DNA from: an uncultured beta proteobacterium
GTDB lineage: Bacteria; Pseudomonadota; Gammaproteobacteria; Burkholderiales; SG8-39
NCBI GenBank assembly: GCA_963699535.1
Contig: CAVOUJ010000018.1
Span: forward strand, 16,417-80,416
DNA length: 64,000 nt
Direction: 5' to 3'
Under the pieces are notes generated by a model that had not been told where the DNA came from, made no database searches, and was given only the letters and a program-made list of their open reading frames with translations. Of the stretch, positions 20,750 through 30,695 are shown piece after piece (the first letter of the stretch is position 1; every line of letters begins with the position of its first letter). Made by a program: the position numbers and the translations under genes.

Positions 20750-23089
20750 CTATCTTCCGAAGAGCCGTTCCCACAAGCCTTTCGCGCGCTGCTTCACCTC
20801 CTCGACCGCCGTGCCCACGGCGCTCGCGCAGGGCGCACGCTCGGCGGGCGCCGAGCCCTGCGCGAAGGGCAGCTCCAGAGCGCCGCCGCAACCCGAGTCC
20901 GCGCGCAGGCCGCTCATCGGGTCGATGAGCACGTTCTCTATCCCTTCGGGCTTGGGCAGTGCGAGCGGCTCCGGGTGGAGCGCGGCCATGAGGTCGCCCC
21001 AGGGCGGGAGAGCCGCGGCGGCGCCCGAGAGCCGCGCGGCGCGGTTGTCATCGTAGCCGATCCACACGACCGCGAGCCGGTCTCCGGTGAATCCCGCGAA
21101 CCAGGCGTCGCGCTGCTCGTCGGTCGTCCCGGTCTTGGCTGCGACCGCGGTCTCGGGAGGCAGCCAGCTCTTGAGCGCCTGGCCCGTGCCTTCGCGCACC
21201 ACCCCCTGCATCGCCGCCGTGATGAGGTATACGGGCTCGGGCGGGAAGGCCTGCTCGACCGCGAGCGGGTAGCGCTTCAGGGGCGTCCCGTCCTGGGTCG
21301 TCACCTCGCGGATGGCGCGCAAGGGTGTACGAAAGCCACCGCTTGCGATCGTCTGGTACATCTGCGCGACTTCCAGGGGAGAGAGCTCTAGCGCGCCGAG
21401 CAGCGTCGAGGCGTAGGGTTTCAGCTCGCGCTCGATCCCGAGCCGCCTCAAGGTGGTGAACACGCGCTCGATGCCGATCTCGGTCCCCAGGCGCGCCGTG
21501 GCGACGTTGTAGGACTGCGCGAGCGCGGTCCTGAGCGGCACCGCGCCGTGGAACTGCTTGTCGTAGTTGGCCGGCTCCCAGTCGGGCGCGCCGCGGCTCT
21601 TCCACACGAAGGGCCCGTCGTCGATCGGCGTGACCAGGGTGTAGCGCGAGGGCTCGGCGAGCGCAGTCAGGTAGATCGCAGGTTTCAGGAGCGAGCCCAC
21701 CGGCCGCGCGGCGTCGAGCGCCCGGTTGAAGCCGCGGTATCCGGTGTCGCGCCCGCCGACGATGGCCTGCACTTCGCCGCTCTGGTTGTCCGTAACGACG
21801 ATCGCGCCCTCGAGGCCGGGGGCGCCGAAGCGCTTGTCGCGGTCGAACTGCGCGAGCCGGCGGGTGAGCGCTCGCTCGGCCTCTCCCTGCGCTCGCGGAT
21901 CGAGCGTGGTGAAGATCCGCAGACCCTCGGAGCGCAGGTCGGCTTCGTCGTACTCGCGCCGCAGCTGCCGGTGCACCAAATCGACGAAGGCCGGATGAGG
22001 CGAAGTGCCCATCGCGGCCTTTGCGCTCACTCCGAGCGGCGCGGCGCGCGCCACGGCGTACTCTTCCGGCTTGATCGAGCCGCGGTCGCGTGCCTCGCGC
22101 AACACGAGATTGCGCCGCTCGAGCGCGCGCTGCGGGCGGCGGTAGGGGTCGTATACGCCCGGCCCCTTGACCAGGGCGACCAGCAGCGCGCTCTCGGCGA
22201 GCGTGAGCTGCTCGACCGTCTTGCCGAAGTAATGCAGCGAAGCGAGGCCGACGCCGTGGATGGCGCGGTCGCGGTCCTGGCCGAGGTAGATTTCGTTGAG
22301 ATAGGTCTCGAGGATCTCCTCTTTTCCGTAGTGGAGTTCGAGGAGCACCGCCATGATGAATTCGGTACCCTTGCGCCGGAGCGTGCGCTCGGGCGTGAGA
22401 AAGAAATTCTTGACGAGCTGCTGGGTGAGCGTACTCCCGCCCTGGAGACCCCTGAAGCGCACGAAACTCCAAAGTGCGCGCGCGATTCCGCGCAGATCGT
22501 AGCCGTGGTGGGTATGGAAGCTGCGGTCCTCGACCGCGATCAGCGCATTGACGAGATGCTTGGGGACCTGGGAGAGGCGCACCAGCACCCGGTCCTGATT
22601 GTTCGCGGGATAGATCCCGCCGATCGGAAGGGGCTCCAGCCGCACCAGCGGGAGATCGCGGCCTTCGGCGTCCGCGACCCTCGCGACCTTGCCGCCTTCG
22701 AACGCGACGCGGATGCGCCGCGCGGGTTGCGGCCCGTCCCAGAAGACGAAGGGGCGCAGCGCGATCTCGAGGCCCTCGGCCGTCCTTACGAACCAGCCCG
22801 ATTCGCCCTCGCGCAAGCCGTCGCGGTAGCCGGCATCGCGCAGCTCCTGCATCACCTCGGCGAGCGCGATCCGCAGTCCCGCGTGCAGCTCGAGCGGCCG
22901 GGCGTAGATCCGCGCGGGGAGCGCGAACCGCCGGCCTTCGAATTCGCTGCGCACGCGGAAATCGAGATACAGCGTGAAGCCGGCCGCGAGCAGAGCGAGC
23001 GAGAGGAAAGCGTAGCGGAGATAGCGCCAGAACTTCGCGCGGCTCGAGGGTGGAGTACCGAACATCCGGCGGCGGAACATCGAGGGCAT
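20750..23089 (-). CDS. mrcB: Penicillin-binding protein 1B
   Basis: UB2H region, EDRSF, QGGSTLTQQLVKN, SLLK, SYN, KTGT. Confidence 0.93.
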   Translation of the reverse strand: MPSMFRRRMFGTPPSSRAKFWRYLRYAFLSLALLAAGFTLYLDFRVRSEFEGRRFALPARIYARPLELHAGLRIALAEVMQELRDAGYRDGLREGESGWFVRTAEGLEIALRPFVFWDGPQPARRIRVAFEGGKVARVADAEGRDLPLVRLEPLPIGGIYPANNQDRVLVRLSQVPKHLVNALIAVEDRSFHTHHGYDLRGIARALWSFVRFRGLQGGSTLTQQLVKNFFLTPERTLRRKGTEFIMAVLLELHYGKEEILETYLNEIYLGQDRDRAIHGVGLASLHYFGKTVEQLTLAESALLVALVKGPGVYDPYRRPQRALERRNLVLREARDRGSIKPEEYAVARAAPLGVSAKAAMGTSPHPAFVDLVHRQLRREYDEADLRSEGLRIFTTLDPRAQGEAERALTRRLAQFDRDKRFGAPGLEGAIVVTDNQSGEVQAIVGGRDTGYRGFNRALDAARPVGSLLKPAIYLTALAEPSRYTLVTPIDDGPFVWKSRGAPDWEPANYDKQFHGAVPLRTALAQSYNVATARLGTEIGIERVFTTLRRLGIERELKPYASTLLGALELSPLEVAQMYQTIASGGFRTPLRAIREVTTQDGTPLKRYPLAVEQAFPPEPVYLITAAMQGVVREGTGQALKSWLPPETAVAAKTGTTDEQRDAWFAGFTGDRLAVVWIGYDDNRAARLSGAAAALPPWGDLMAALHPEPLALPKPEGIENVLIDPMSGLRADSGCGGALELPFAQGSAPAERAPCASAVGTAVEEVKQRAKGLWERLFGR

Positions 23090-23236
23090 TGTACTTTGAG
23101 GGGATGTCGTGCCGGTCGTTCATGACTGACAGGATGCGGAAAAGGACGGCGTTCGCGACCCGACTGTCGCCTCGCAACGACGGCCGGTAATAGAATGAGC
23201 GGTACACTCTAGAGCCGTCCTCGCAAGGAGTCCCCC

Positions 23237-23602
23237 ATGCCCAACCCCGTCGTCCACTGGGAGATGATGTCGAAAAACCCAGCCAAGATCTCGGCTTTCT
23301 ACGAGAAGGTGTTCGGCTGGACGATCAAGCAAATGCCCGAGATGGACTACCACCTGGTGGAAACCGGCGGCCAGGGCGGGATCAATGGCGGCATCTTCAA
23401 GCCCAAGCGCAAGGGCCCCTGGCCCGGCAACATGACGCTCTACATCAACGTCGACGACCTCGCCGCGTTCCGCAAGAAGATCGTCGCCGCCGGCGGCAAG
23501 ATCCACGTCGAGGAGCAGGAAGTCCCCCGAATGGGTTCCTTCTCGCTCTTCACCGATCCCGAGGGCCGGATGATGGGGATCTGGAAGACGGCGAAGATGT
23601 GA
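23237..23602 (+). CDS. VOC/glyoxalase family protein
   Basis: MPNPVVHWE, FYEKVFGW, FTDPEG. Confidence 0.85.
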   Translation: MPNPVVHWEMMSKNPAKISAFYEKVFGWTIKQMPEMDYHLVETGGQGGINGGIFKPKRKGPWPGNMTLYINVDDLAAFRKKIVAAGGKIHVEEQEVPRMGSFSLFTDPEGRMMGIWKTAKM

Positions 23603-23606
23603 CGTC

Positions 23607-23970
23607 ATGAGCGCCGCACCCGGCTTCAAGAAGCGCCCCGACTACCGCATCACGACGCAGCCGGCCGGCGTGCGCGTGCAGGTCACCTTCCGGGGCGAAG
23701 TCATCGCCGATACGACGGACGCGGTTCGTCTCGGAGGAGGGGAGCTACGCCGCGGTCTTCTACATCCCGCGCGAGGACGTGAAGATGGAGCGCCTCGAGC
23801 GCTCGAGCCACCAGACCTACTGCCCCTACAAGGGCCGCGCCTCGTACTACTCGCTCGAAGGCGCGCAGAACGCGGTCTGGTCCTACGAACAGCCCTACGA
23901 CGAGATGCTCGACATCAAGGGCCTGCTCGCCTTCTATCCCGACAAGGTCGATTCGATCATCGCGGTCTAG
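23607..23970 (+). CDS. DUF427 family protein (one frameshift near 23735)
   Basis: VIADT then YIPREDV...TYCPYKGRASYY...NAVWSYEQP in the adjacent frame. Confidence 0.8.
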
Positions 23971-24499
23971 TCACGACCGGCCGCCGCAGGCGCGCCGCAG
24001 TTCCTCGCGCTCGTCCGCGCTCAAGTCCCGGCTGAAGTGGAGCATCCGATCGAGGATGTCGTCGGTCTCGAAGTAGGCGTTGCGGCATTCGAGGTGCACG
24101 AACCCGCCCGGAGCGAAGCGCCCCTCTTCCCAGTACACGAGCCGGATGCGCCAGGTCCCGCGCTCGATCGGCTCGCGGCAGCTGCGGCATTTCGCCTGTG
24201 CACCCGGCGAGCGCTCGGCGCCGTCGATCCGCGGCAGGCGAGGGTGCGCGAGGCTCGCGCGCGCGGTACGCTCCAGAGCTCTCGCGATCGGGCACTGCCA
24301 TTGCCGTTTCCGCGAGGGCGGCAAGCAGCGGCTCCGGCCGTTTGTACGCCGCGCACAGAGGATGGAACCACACGGTCATCTCGCCCTCGGCGAAGGGGTT
24401 GGGCAGACGTTCGCCGAAACGCAGCTCTCCGCGCTCGATGGTCGGCGCAGCCGCGGCACTTGGAGCGGCCGCTCGTCGCGGGTTCGAAGAGTGGGGCAC
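23971..24499 (-). CDS. Stand-alone tandem PARP-type zinc-finger protein (frameshifted)
   Basis: Joined frames give FEPATSGRSKCRGC..IERGELRFG...WFHPLC and AERSPGAQAKCRSCREPIERGTWRI...FVHLEC, two CxxC...HxxC fingers. Confidence 0.7.
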
Positions 24500-24644
24500 G
24501 CGAGGGCGGGGTCGCTCCGAGGGTCTCGCGTATGGTAGCCGGACTGCGACAATACGCGCCATGCTCATGGCAATAGGAGGCGGACATAGGTCCCGATCGC
24601 GTCGCCTTTGCGGCTACAACCTAGGACGGAATCGTAAGAAAAAC

Positions 24645-25274
24645 GTGACCCTCCCCGCCGAGAACGCCGAACTGGATCGCTGGAACGCGCGCTTTGCCGC
24701 CGAGGGCTTCGTATTCGGCACCGAGCCCAACGCCTTTCTCGCCTCGCAGCGCGCGCGCCTGGCGCCCGGCATGAGCGCGCTATGCGTGGCCGACGGCGAA
24801 GGCCGCAACAGCGTCTGGCTGGCGAAGCAGGGTCTCGAAGTGACGGCGTTCGATTTCTCGCCCGTCGGCCTGGCCAAGGCGATGAAACTCGCGCAGCAGA
24901 GCGGCGTCAAGGTGGACTATCGCCAGGCGGACGTGAACGAATGGGACTGGGACGCCGCGCGGTACGACGTCGTCGTCGCGATCTTCGTCCAGTTCACTCC
25001 CCCGGTCCAGAGATCCCGGATGTTCGAGGGCATGATCCGCGCCCTGAAGCCCGGCGGGCTCCTGATCCTCCAGGGCTATCGCCCGGAGCAGCTCCGCTAC
25101 GCGACCGGCGGACCGAAACAGGTGGAGAACCTCTACACCGAGCCGCTGCTTCGAGAGAGCTTCGCCACACTCCAGTTCCTTCACCTCGCCTCGCACGACG
25201 ACGTGGTCGACGAAGGCGCGGGCCACAAAGGCATGTCCGCATTGATCGACTTGGTGGCGCAACAGCATGGCTGA
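24645..25274 (+). CDS. Class I SAM-dependent methyltransferase (TehB-like)
   Basis: FGTEPNAFL, LCVADGEGRNSVWLA, LKPGG. Confidence 0.85.
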   Translation: MTLPAENAELDRWNARFAAEGFVFGTEPNAFLASQRARLAPGMSALCVADGEGRNSVWLAKQGLEVTAFDFSPVGLAKAMKLAQQSGVKVDYRQADVNEWDWDAARYDVVVAIFVQFTPPVQRSRMFEGMIRALKPGGLLILQGYRPEQLRYATGGPKQVENLYTEPLLRESFATLQFLHLASHDDVVDEGAGHKGMSALIDLVAQQHG

Positions 25275-26265
25275 GATCGTCCTCGCGGTCGGCACTTCGC
25301 ACTCGCCGATGCTGAACGCGACCCTCGAGGAATGGAGCCGGTTCGAGCCGCGCGAGACGACCATGAAATTCGTCGACCGCGAGGGCAATCCCAGCACCTA
25401 CGAAGCGCTGCTGCGGGAAGCCGGAGGCCGCTACGCGGGCGAAGCTACACCGGAGAAATTCGCCGCGCGCCACGCCGCCGCCCAGGCCGCGCTCGACCGG
25501 CTGTCCGCCGAGATCCGCGACGCCAGGCTGGACGCGCTGGTGGTTTTCGGAGATGACCAGAAGGAGCTGTTCCTCGAGGACAATATCCCGGCCCTGCTCG
25601 TCTATCGCGGCAAGACCCTGGCGCACGCGATGCGGCCACCGAAGCCCGAGTGGGTAGACTGGTTCGCCGCGATCCAGGAACGCTACTACCTCCCCAGCGG
25701 CCGCGCCGAGTTTCCGGTCGAGCACGAACTCGCGGAGCATCTGATCGCCTGTTTGATGCGCCGCGATTTCGACGTCGCGGTGTGCGACCGCCCCCCGCGC
25801 GGCGAGGGCGAGGGCCATGCCTTCGCGTTCGTCCACCAGCGCCTGTTCGGCTTCGGGCGGACGGCGCCGGTCGTGCCCATGGTGCCGGTATTCCTCAACA
25901 CCTACTACCCGCCCAATCAGCCCACGCCGGCGCGGTGCTTCCGCGTCGGCCAGGCGGTCCGCGCCGCGATCGAATCCTGGGGCAGGCCTGCGCGCGTGGG
26001 CGTGCTCGGATCGGGCGGGCTCACTCACTTCGCCATCGACGAGGACTTCGACCGCGGGATCGTGCGCGCGCTGCAGGCGAAAGACGGCGATGCGCTCATG
26101 CGCCTGCCGCCGCGCAAGCTCAACTCGGGCAACTCGGAGATCCGCAACTGGATCGCCATGGCAGGCGCCTCGGAGCATCTGCCCGCGGCGTGGGCGGAAT
26201 ACATCCCCGGCTATCGCTCCCCCGCCGGAACCGGGACGGGGTTCTGCTTCGCGGCGTTCCGCTGA
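25267..26265 (+). CDS. LigB-family extradiol ring-cleavage dioxygenase
   Basis: GTSHSP, FGDDQ, GHAF, GSGGLTHF, NSEIRNW. Confidence 0.82.
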   Translation: MAEIVLAVGTSHSPMLNATLEEWSRFEPRETTMKFVDREGNPSTYEALLREAGGRYAGEATPEKFAARHAAAQAALDRLSAEIRDARLDALVVFGDDQKELFLEDNIPALLVYRGKTLAHAMRPPKPEWVDWFAAIQERYYLPSGRAEFPVEHELAEHLIACLMRRDFDVAVCDRPPRGEGEGHAFAFVHQRLFGFGRTAPVVPMVPVFLNTYYPPNQPTPARCFRVGQAVRAAIESWGRPARVGVLGSGGLTHFAIDEDFDRGIVRALQAKDGDALMRLPPRKLNSGNSEIRNWIAMAGASEHLPAAWAEYIPGYRSPAGTGTGFCFAAFR

Positions 26266-26344
26266 GCGGCGCGGCGCGCGTGACGGTAAATTCAATCCGG
26301 CCGTCGCCGGCGCTTTGCGCCGTTGCGGTGGCGCCACCCTCGTC

Positions 26345-27316
26345 TCAATCGATCTTCGCGCCGATATCCTTCACGAGCTTGCCGTACTTCTCGTAGTCGC
26401 GGCGGATCGAGGCGGCAAACTCGTCCGCCGTCGTGATCCATGGCTCAGCCCCACCGACGCTGCCCATGCCCTTTCTCACCTCGGGCAGCGCGAGCACCTC
26501 GTTGATCGCCACGCGCAGGCGGCCGATGATCGGCTGCGGCGTAGCCGCCGGCGCCCAGATGCCGAGCCAATTGTTGACTTCATAGCCGGGAAAGAATTCC
26601 CCGATCGTCGGCACTTCGGGCAACAACTGCAGGCGATTCCGGCCGGTGACCGCCACCGCGCGCAGCCTGCCCGCTTTGACCAGCGGCCCGGACGACGTCC
26701 CGGCCATCACGATCGGCACTTCGCCGGCGACCGCCGCGGCGACGGCCGGCGACCCGCTCTTGTACGGGACGTGCACGAGATTGATCCCCGACCGCTGCTT
26801 CAGCATCTCCATCGAGAGATGGTGCTGGCTGCCGTTGCCGCCCGAGGCATAGTTGAGGGGCGGTTGGGCGCCGCGTGCGTACTCGAGGAACTCCCTGAAG
26901 TTCTTCGCGGGAACGGCAGGATTGACCGACAGGATGAGCTGCGTGATCACCGTCGTGGCCACGGGCGCGAGATCCTTCAGCGGGTCGAAGCTCATCTTCG
27001 CGTAGATGTGCGGGTTGATCACGACCAGGCTGTCCGCGCCGAAAAGCAGCGTATAACCGTCAGGTGCCGATCGCGCCACATGTTCGCCGGCGATGTTGCC
27101 GTTGGAGCCCGCCCGGTTTTCGACCACGATCGGCTGGCCCAGCCGCTCCGAGAGCGGACCCTGCATGACCCGCGCCGCCACGTCCGGCGCGCCTCCCGGC
27201 GCGATCAGCACGACGAGCTTGATCGGCTTGGTCGGATATTGTTGTGCGACCGCTCCCCCCGCGAGACACACCGCCGCGAGCAGCGCAGCGCTCCACGTCT
27301 TGAGTCGCGGCATCAT
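26345..27316 (-). CDS. TctC/Bug substrate-binding protein
   Basis: YPTKPIKLVV, VENRAG, APDGYTL, HVPYK. Confidence 0.9.
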   Translation of the reverse strand: MMPRLKTWSAALLAAVCLAGGAVAQQYPTKPIKLVVLIAPGGAPDVAARVMQGPLSERLGQPIVVENRAGSNGNIAGEHVARSAPDGYTLLFGADSLVVINPHIYAKMSFDPLKDLAPVATTVITQLILSVNPAVPAKNFREFLEYARGAQPPLNYASGGNGSQHHLSMEMLKQRSGINLVHVPYKSGSPAVAAAVAGEVPIVMAGTSSGPLVKAGRLRAVAVTGRNRLQLLPEVPTIGEFFPGYEVNNWLGIWAPAATPQPIIGRLRVAINEVLALPEVRKGMGSVGGAEPWITTADEFAASIRRDYEKYGKLVKDIGAKID

Positions 27317-27402
27317 AATACTTCCCTCCTTTGTCTTGGCTCCATCGCTCGCGATCATCCTACCTGGAGTGCAATCCAAACTTGAGGTGCTCGGTGCCGT
27401 AA

Positions 27403-28203
27403 TCACTGCGCCCGGAAGCTGATATCCCCGTACTGGGCACGGGCCTTCTCGCTCGTGTTCCTGGCATCGGTCATCACTCCCACTCCGACGATGTCCCAGG
27501 GTTCCTCGCCGAACGCCATCCTGTAGTCCTCGAGCACGTTGCGCCGCAACTCGCGCCACTCGCCGATGCGGCCATCACCGTTCTCCACGACGATGGTCTG
27601 GATCTTCTTGGTCTCGTCGTTCGCGACTACGGTGCCGGCCGGGGCGCTGTTCGACCAGCTGTACATGATGATCGCGTACGGCATCTTATCGCCGGTGAGC
27701 GCCTTGTAGAGCCGCAGGGCGAGCTTCTCACCGAAGTCCAGCCGCTTCAAATCCCCGTGGAACGCGATGATCACGCGCGCCGGGGAGTCGTCGCGCGCGG
27801 GAACCCGCGGGTCGATCTCCGCCGGGGCCTGCACCACGCGCCAACGCCACTCGATCAGCGGATGGCGCGCCGGGTCGATGCGGATGCGCCGGTAGAACCC
27901 CGAGGCCGAGCCGTCCGCGCGCCCCTCGAGCACTGCGCCCGGGCTGCTCCCGACCAGGCGGTACTCGCTCTTCCTCGCAAAGGGCGAAACGACAAAGCGG
28001 CCCCAGCCGGGCAGCGGGTCGCCCGCGCGGCCCTCTGAGAAGCGCGCCGCCTCGACCAGGTTACCCGTCTCGCGCTCGAGCTCGGCGACGATCGCGGTCG
28101 ATGCGAGCAGCTCGTCGACCGGGGCACCGGCGCAGGCGGCGAGCGCCGCGCCGCAGACGAGCGCCCCCGCGTAGCGAAGAGATTTTGTCCGAAGAGCCAT
28201 CAA
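27403..28203 (-). CDS. DUF3047 family lipoprotein (copy 1)
   Basis: Lipobox LAAC, EWRWRV, DDSPAR, MPYAIIMYSW, RNVLEDYRMAFGEEP, GVMTD. Confidence 0.8.
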   Translation of the reverse strand: MMALRTKSLRYAGALVCGAALAACAGAPVDELLASTAIVAELERETGNLVEAARFSEGRAGDPLPGWGRFVVSPFARKSEYRLVGSSPGAVLEGRADGSASGFYRRIRIDPARHPLIEWRWRVVQAPAEIDPRVPARDDSPARVIIAFHGDLKRLDFGEKLALRLYKALTGDKMPYAIIMYSWSNSAPAGTVVANDETKKIQTIVVENGDGRIGEWRELRRNVLEDYRMAFGEEPWDIVGVGVMTDARNTSEKARAQYGDISFRAQ

Positions 28204-28269
28204 TCCCGATTGGGAGATGGGTGTCCCCCAAGCCTGAAAGGTAGTCCTGAGTGTGACACCAATCGGCTA

Positions 28270-29330
28270 TTACCGCTGCCCAACGCCTAGACAACGCGCC
28301 AAGGTATACTCGTACCGCTGGAGCTGCCCGGGCGTCGCGAAGTCGGCGTGCTGCAGGCCCCAGCGCAGGTCCTTGATGCCGAACTCGGCGTCCATCGCCT
28401 CGTAGGTCGCGACGACCTGCTCGATATTGTCGGCGCTGGTCGGGCTGCCGGCTTGGGCGTTCTCGTTCCGCCAGCGCGCCTGCGCGCACAGACGCTGCGC
28501 TTCGAGCCACACGGCGTAGCCGTTGGCGTTGGCGGGCGTCGCGAAGGGCGCGGCCCATTCGCCGATCGCGCCGGTGCGCAGCATGTCGTCGCCGAAGAAC
28601 TGGAACTGGTTCTTGCAGCCGCTCGCGCAGCTCGGGCAGCTGCTTGTCGAGTCCGCCGAGCTCGGGGATGAACCCCTGGTTGTGCAGGAAGTTGATCTGC
28701 AGGCGGATCAGCGTTCCGGTCCTCGGCGTGCAGCGCGAGCCAGGCGTCGTACATGCGGTAGTGGTTCAGGTTGAAGAGCGGGTGGGTCGGCTGCGGATCG
28801 AGCGAGGCCGGGTCGAGCGTCCCGGTCGCCGCCGCGACCAGCGTCTGGTCGAGCACCGCGGTGATGCCGACGCTCGCCGAAAACGCCTGCGCGTCGAGCG
28901 CGCTGCGCTTCTTGTCCTCGAAGGTCTGGCGGACTCTGAGGTGGTAGAGCGCGCGATTCGCCATGTTGGGGTTGCCGCCGGCGATCGAACCGTCGGCGCC
29001 CACCGCCACCGGGCCGGCGAGCGGCGCGGTCGCGCTCTCGAAGAACTGCTTGCCCAGCGTGTTGGTCGCGCGCCGGCCCGCCGCCGCCCTGGTAGAGGAA
29101 TACCGGCCGGTCGGGCACCGCGGCGTCGAGCTCGGCGAGCGTCGGCAGGCGCAGCTCGGCGAACATCCGCGGCGTGCCGGCGCCCATCGCGGTGATGAAC
29201 TGGCCCGCCGGCACGTCCTGCCGTCGCGCGGCGAGCATCGCCAGGACTTCGGCGAGGTTGATCGCGAGCTCCCACTGCGCGACGTGGTAGCCGGGGCGGT
29301 TGGCCAGGCTGACGAAGTGGCCCAATCCGC
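28270..29330 (-). pseudogene. Internal fragment of an amidohydrolase-3 (YtcJ-like) gene, heavily frameshifted and truncated at both ends
   Basis: HFVSLANRPGYH, RLPTLAELDAAVPDRPV, GITAVLD, LRWGLQHA spread across several frames; no proper start or C-terminus. Confidence 0.65.
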
Positions 29331-29345
29331 AATGGGAGTCCCCCA

Positions 29346-30287
29346 ATGAAGAAGCTGCTCGTCATCCTGTGCCTTGCCGCCGCCTCACCCGCACTCGCTC
29401 AAAACTGCCCCGAGAAGAACCTGCTCTACTGGCAGGCCTTCCCCTCCGGCGGGGAATCCGACATCTCGGCGCGGCACCAGCAACTCGTGCTGAAGAAGCG
29501 TTGCGCCGCGATCGAAACCATCATCCAGTACAAGCCCGGCGCGGGCGGGGGTCTGATGTGGTCGCAGATGAACCAGCTTCCGGGCGACGGGTTGAACATC
29601 ATCGGCATCAACCTGCCGCACATCGTGCTCCAGCCTCTCGAAGGCCAGGTCCAATACAAGACCGAGGACGTGACCCCGGTGTTCTGGTACCACTACACGC
29701 CCGACGCGTTGGTGGTGAGCGAGGCGAGCCCGTACAAGACCTTCATGGATTTCGTGAAGGGCGCAAAAGCGGATCCGGGCAAGCTATCCCTGGGAGGCTC
29801 GGGGCTCAACTCTGCAAACCACGCCGCGCATGAGCGCCTCAACGCGAAGTTCGGCGTCAAGACTACCTACGTTCCGTACAAGGGAACCGGCGACATGACG
29901 ATCGCGGTGCTCGGCGGACACGTGAACGGAGCAATATCGTACACGGCGTTCGCGATCAACAACAAGGGCAAGGTGCGGGCTCTCGCGGTGGCGATGGAGA
30001 AACGCCATCCGCTTCTCCCCGACACGCCGACTTTTCGCGAGCTGGGCATCGACTGGGTGGACGGCGCCTACCGCGGGATCGGCGTTCCGAAGTCGACATC
30101 GGCCGAAGCGAGGAAGCGCCTGTCGGATCTCTGGGCCGCACTCAACGCCGACGCCGAGATGCAGGCGTTCGCCGCGAAGAGCGGCTTCGAGCTCGTGAAC
30201 GTCGGTGTCGACCGGATGGACGCGTTCATGAAGGAAAAGCGCGCCCTGTACATGGAAAGCGCCAAGCTGCTGGGGCTGGTGAAGTAG
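29346..30287 (+). CDS. TctC/Bug substrate-binding protein
   Basis: FPSGGESD, KPGAGG, YVPYKG, PDTPTFRELG. Confidence 0.85.
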   Translation: MKKLLVILCLAAASPALAQNCPEKNLLYWQAFPSGGESDISARHQQLVLKKRCAAIETIIQYKPGAGGGLMWSQMNQLPGDGLNIIGINLPHIVLQPLEGQVQYKTEDVTPVFWYHYTPDALVVSEASPYKTFMDFVKGAKADPGKLSLGGSGLNSANHAAHERLNAKFGVKTTYVPYKGTGDMTIAVLGGHVNGAISYTAFAINNKGKVRALAVAMEKRHPLLPDTPTFRELGIDWVDGAYRGIGVPKSTSAEARKRLSDLWAALNADAEMQAFAAKSGFELVNVGVDRMDAFMKEKRALYMESAKLLGLVK

Positions 30288-30311
30288 GTCCGAAACGACG
30301 ACTCACCCGCC

Positions 30312-30677
30312 ATGCCCGTCAAGAAGATCCTGATCATCGACGATTCGCCCACCAACCGCCACGTGATCTTCGAGATTCTGGCCAGAAACGGCTACCGGTG
30401 CATGCTCGCCGAGACCGGCCAGCAGGGGATCGACAAGGCGAAAGCCGAGCAGCCGGACCTCATCCTGATGGACGTGGTGATGCCCGATATGGACGGCTTC
30501 CAGGCTACGCGCATCATCACCCGCGACGAGGCGACCAAGCACATCCCGGTGATTCTGTGCACCAGCAAGAACCAGCAGACCGACCGGGTGTGGGGTTTGC
30601 GCCAGGGCGCGAAGGACTACGTGCTCAAGCCGATCGAGGAGGTAGATCTCCTCGCCAAGATCAGGGCGCTCGGCTGA
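30312..30677 (+). CDS. pilH: PilH-like single-domain response regulator
   Basis: ILIIDDSPT, LMDVVMP, TSKNQQTDRVWGLRQGAKDY. Confidence 0.8.
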   Translation: MPVKKILIIDDSPTNRHVIFEILARNGYRCMLAETGQQGIDKAKAEQPDLILMDVVMPDMDGFQATRIITRDEATKHIPVILCTSKNQQTDRVWGLRQGAKDYVLKPIEEVDLLAKIRALG

Positions 30678-30695
30678 ACCTCGCCCGATGCCCGC

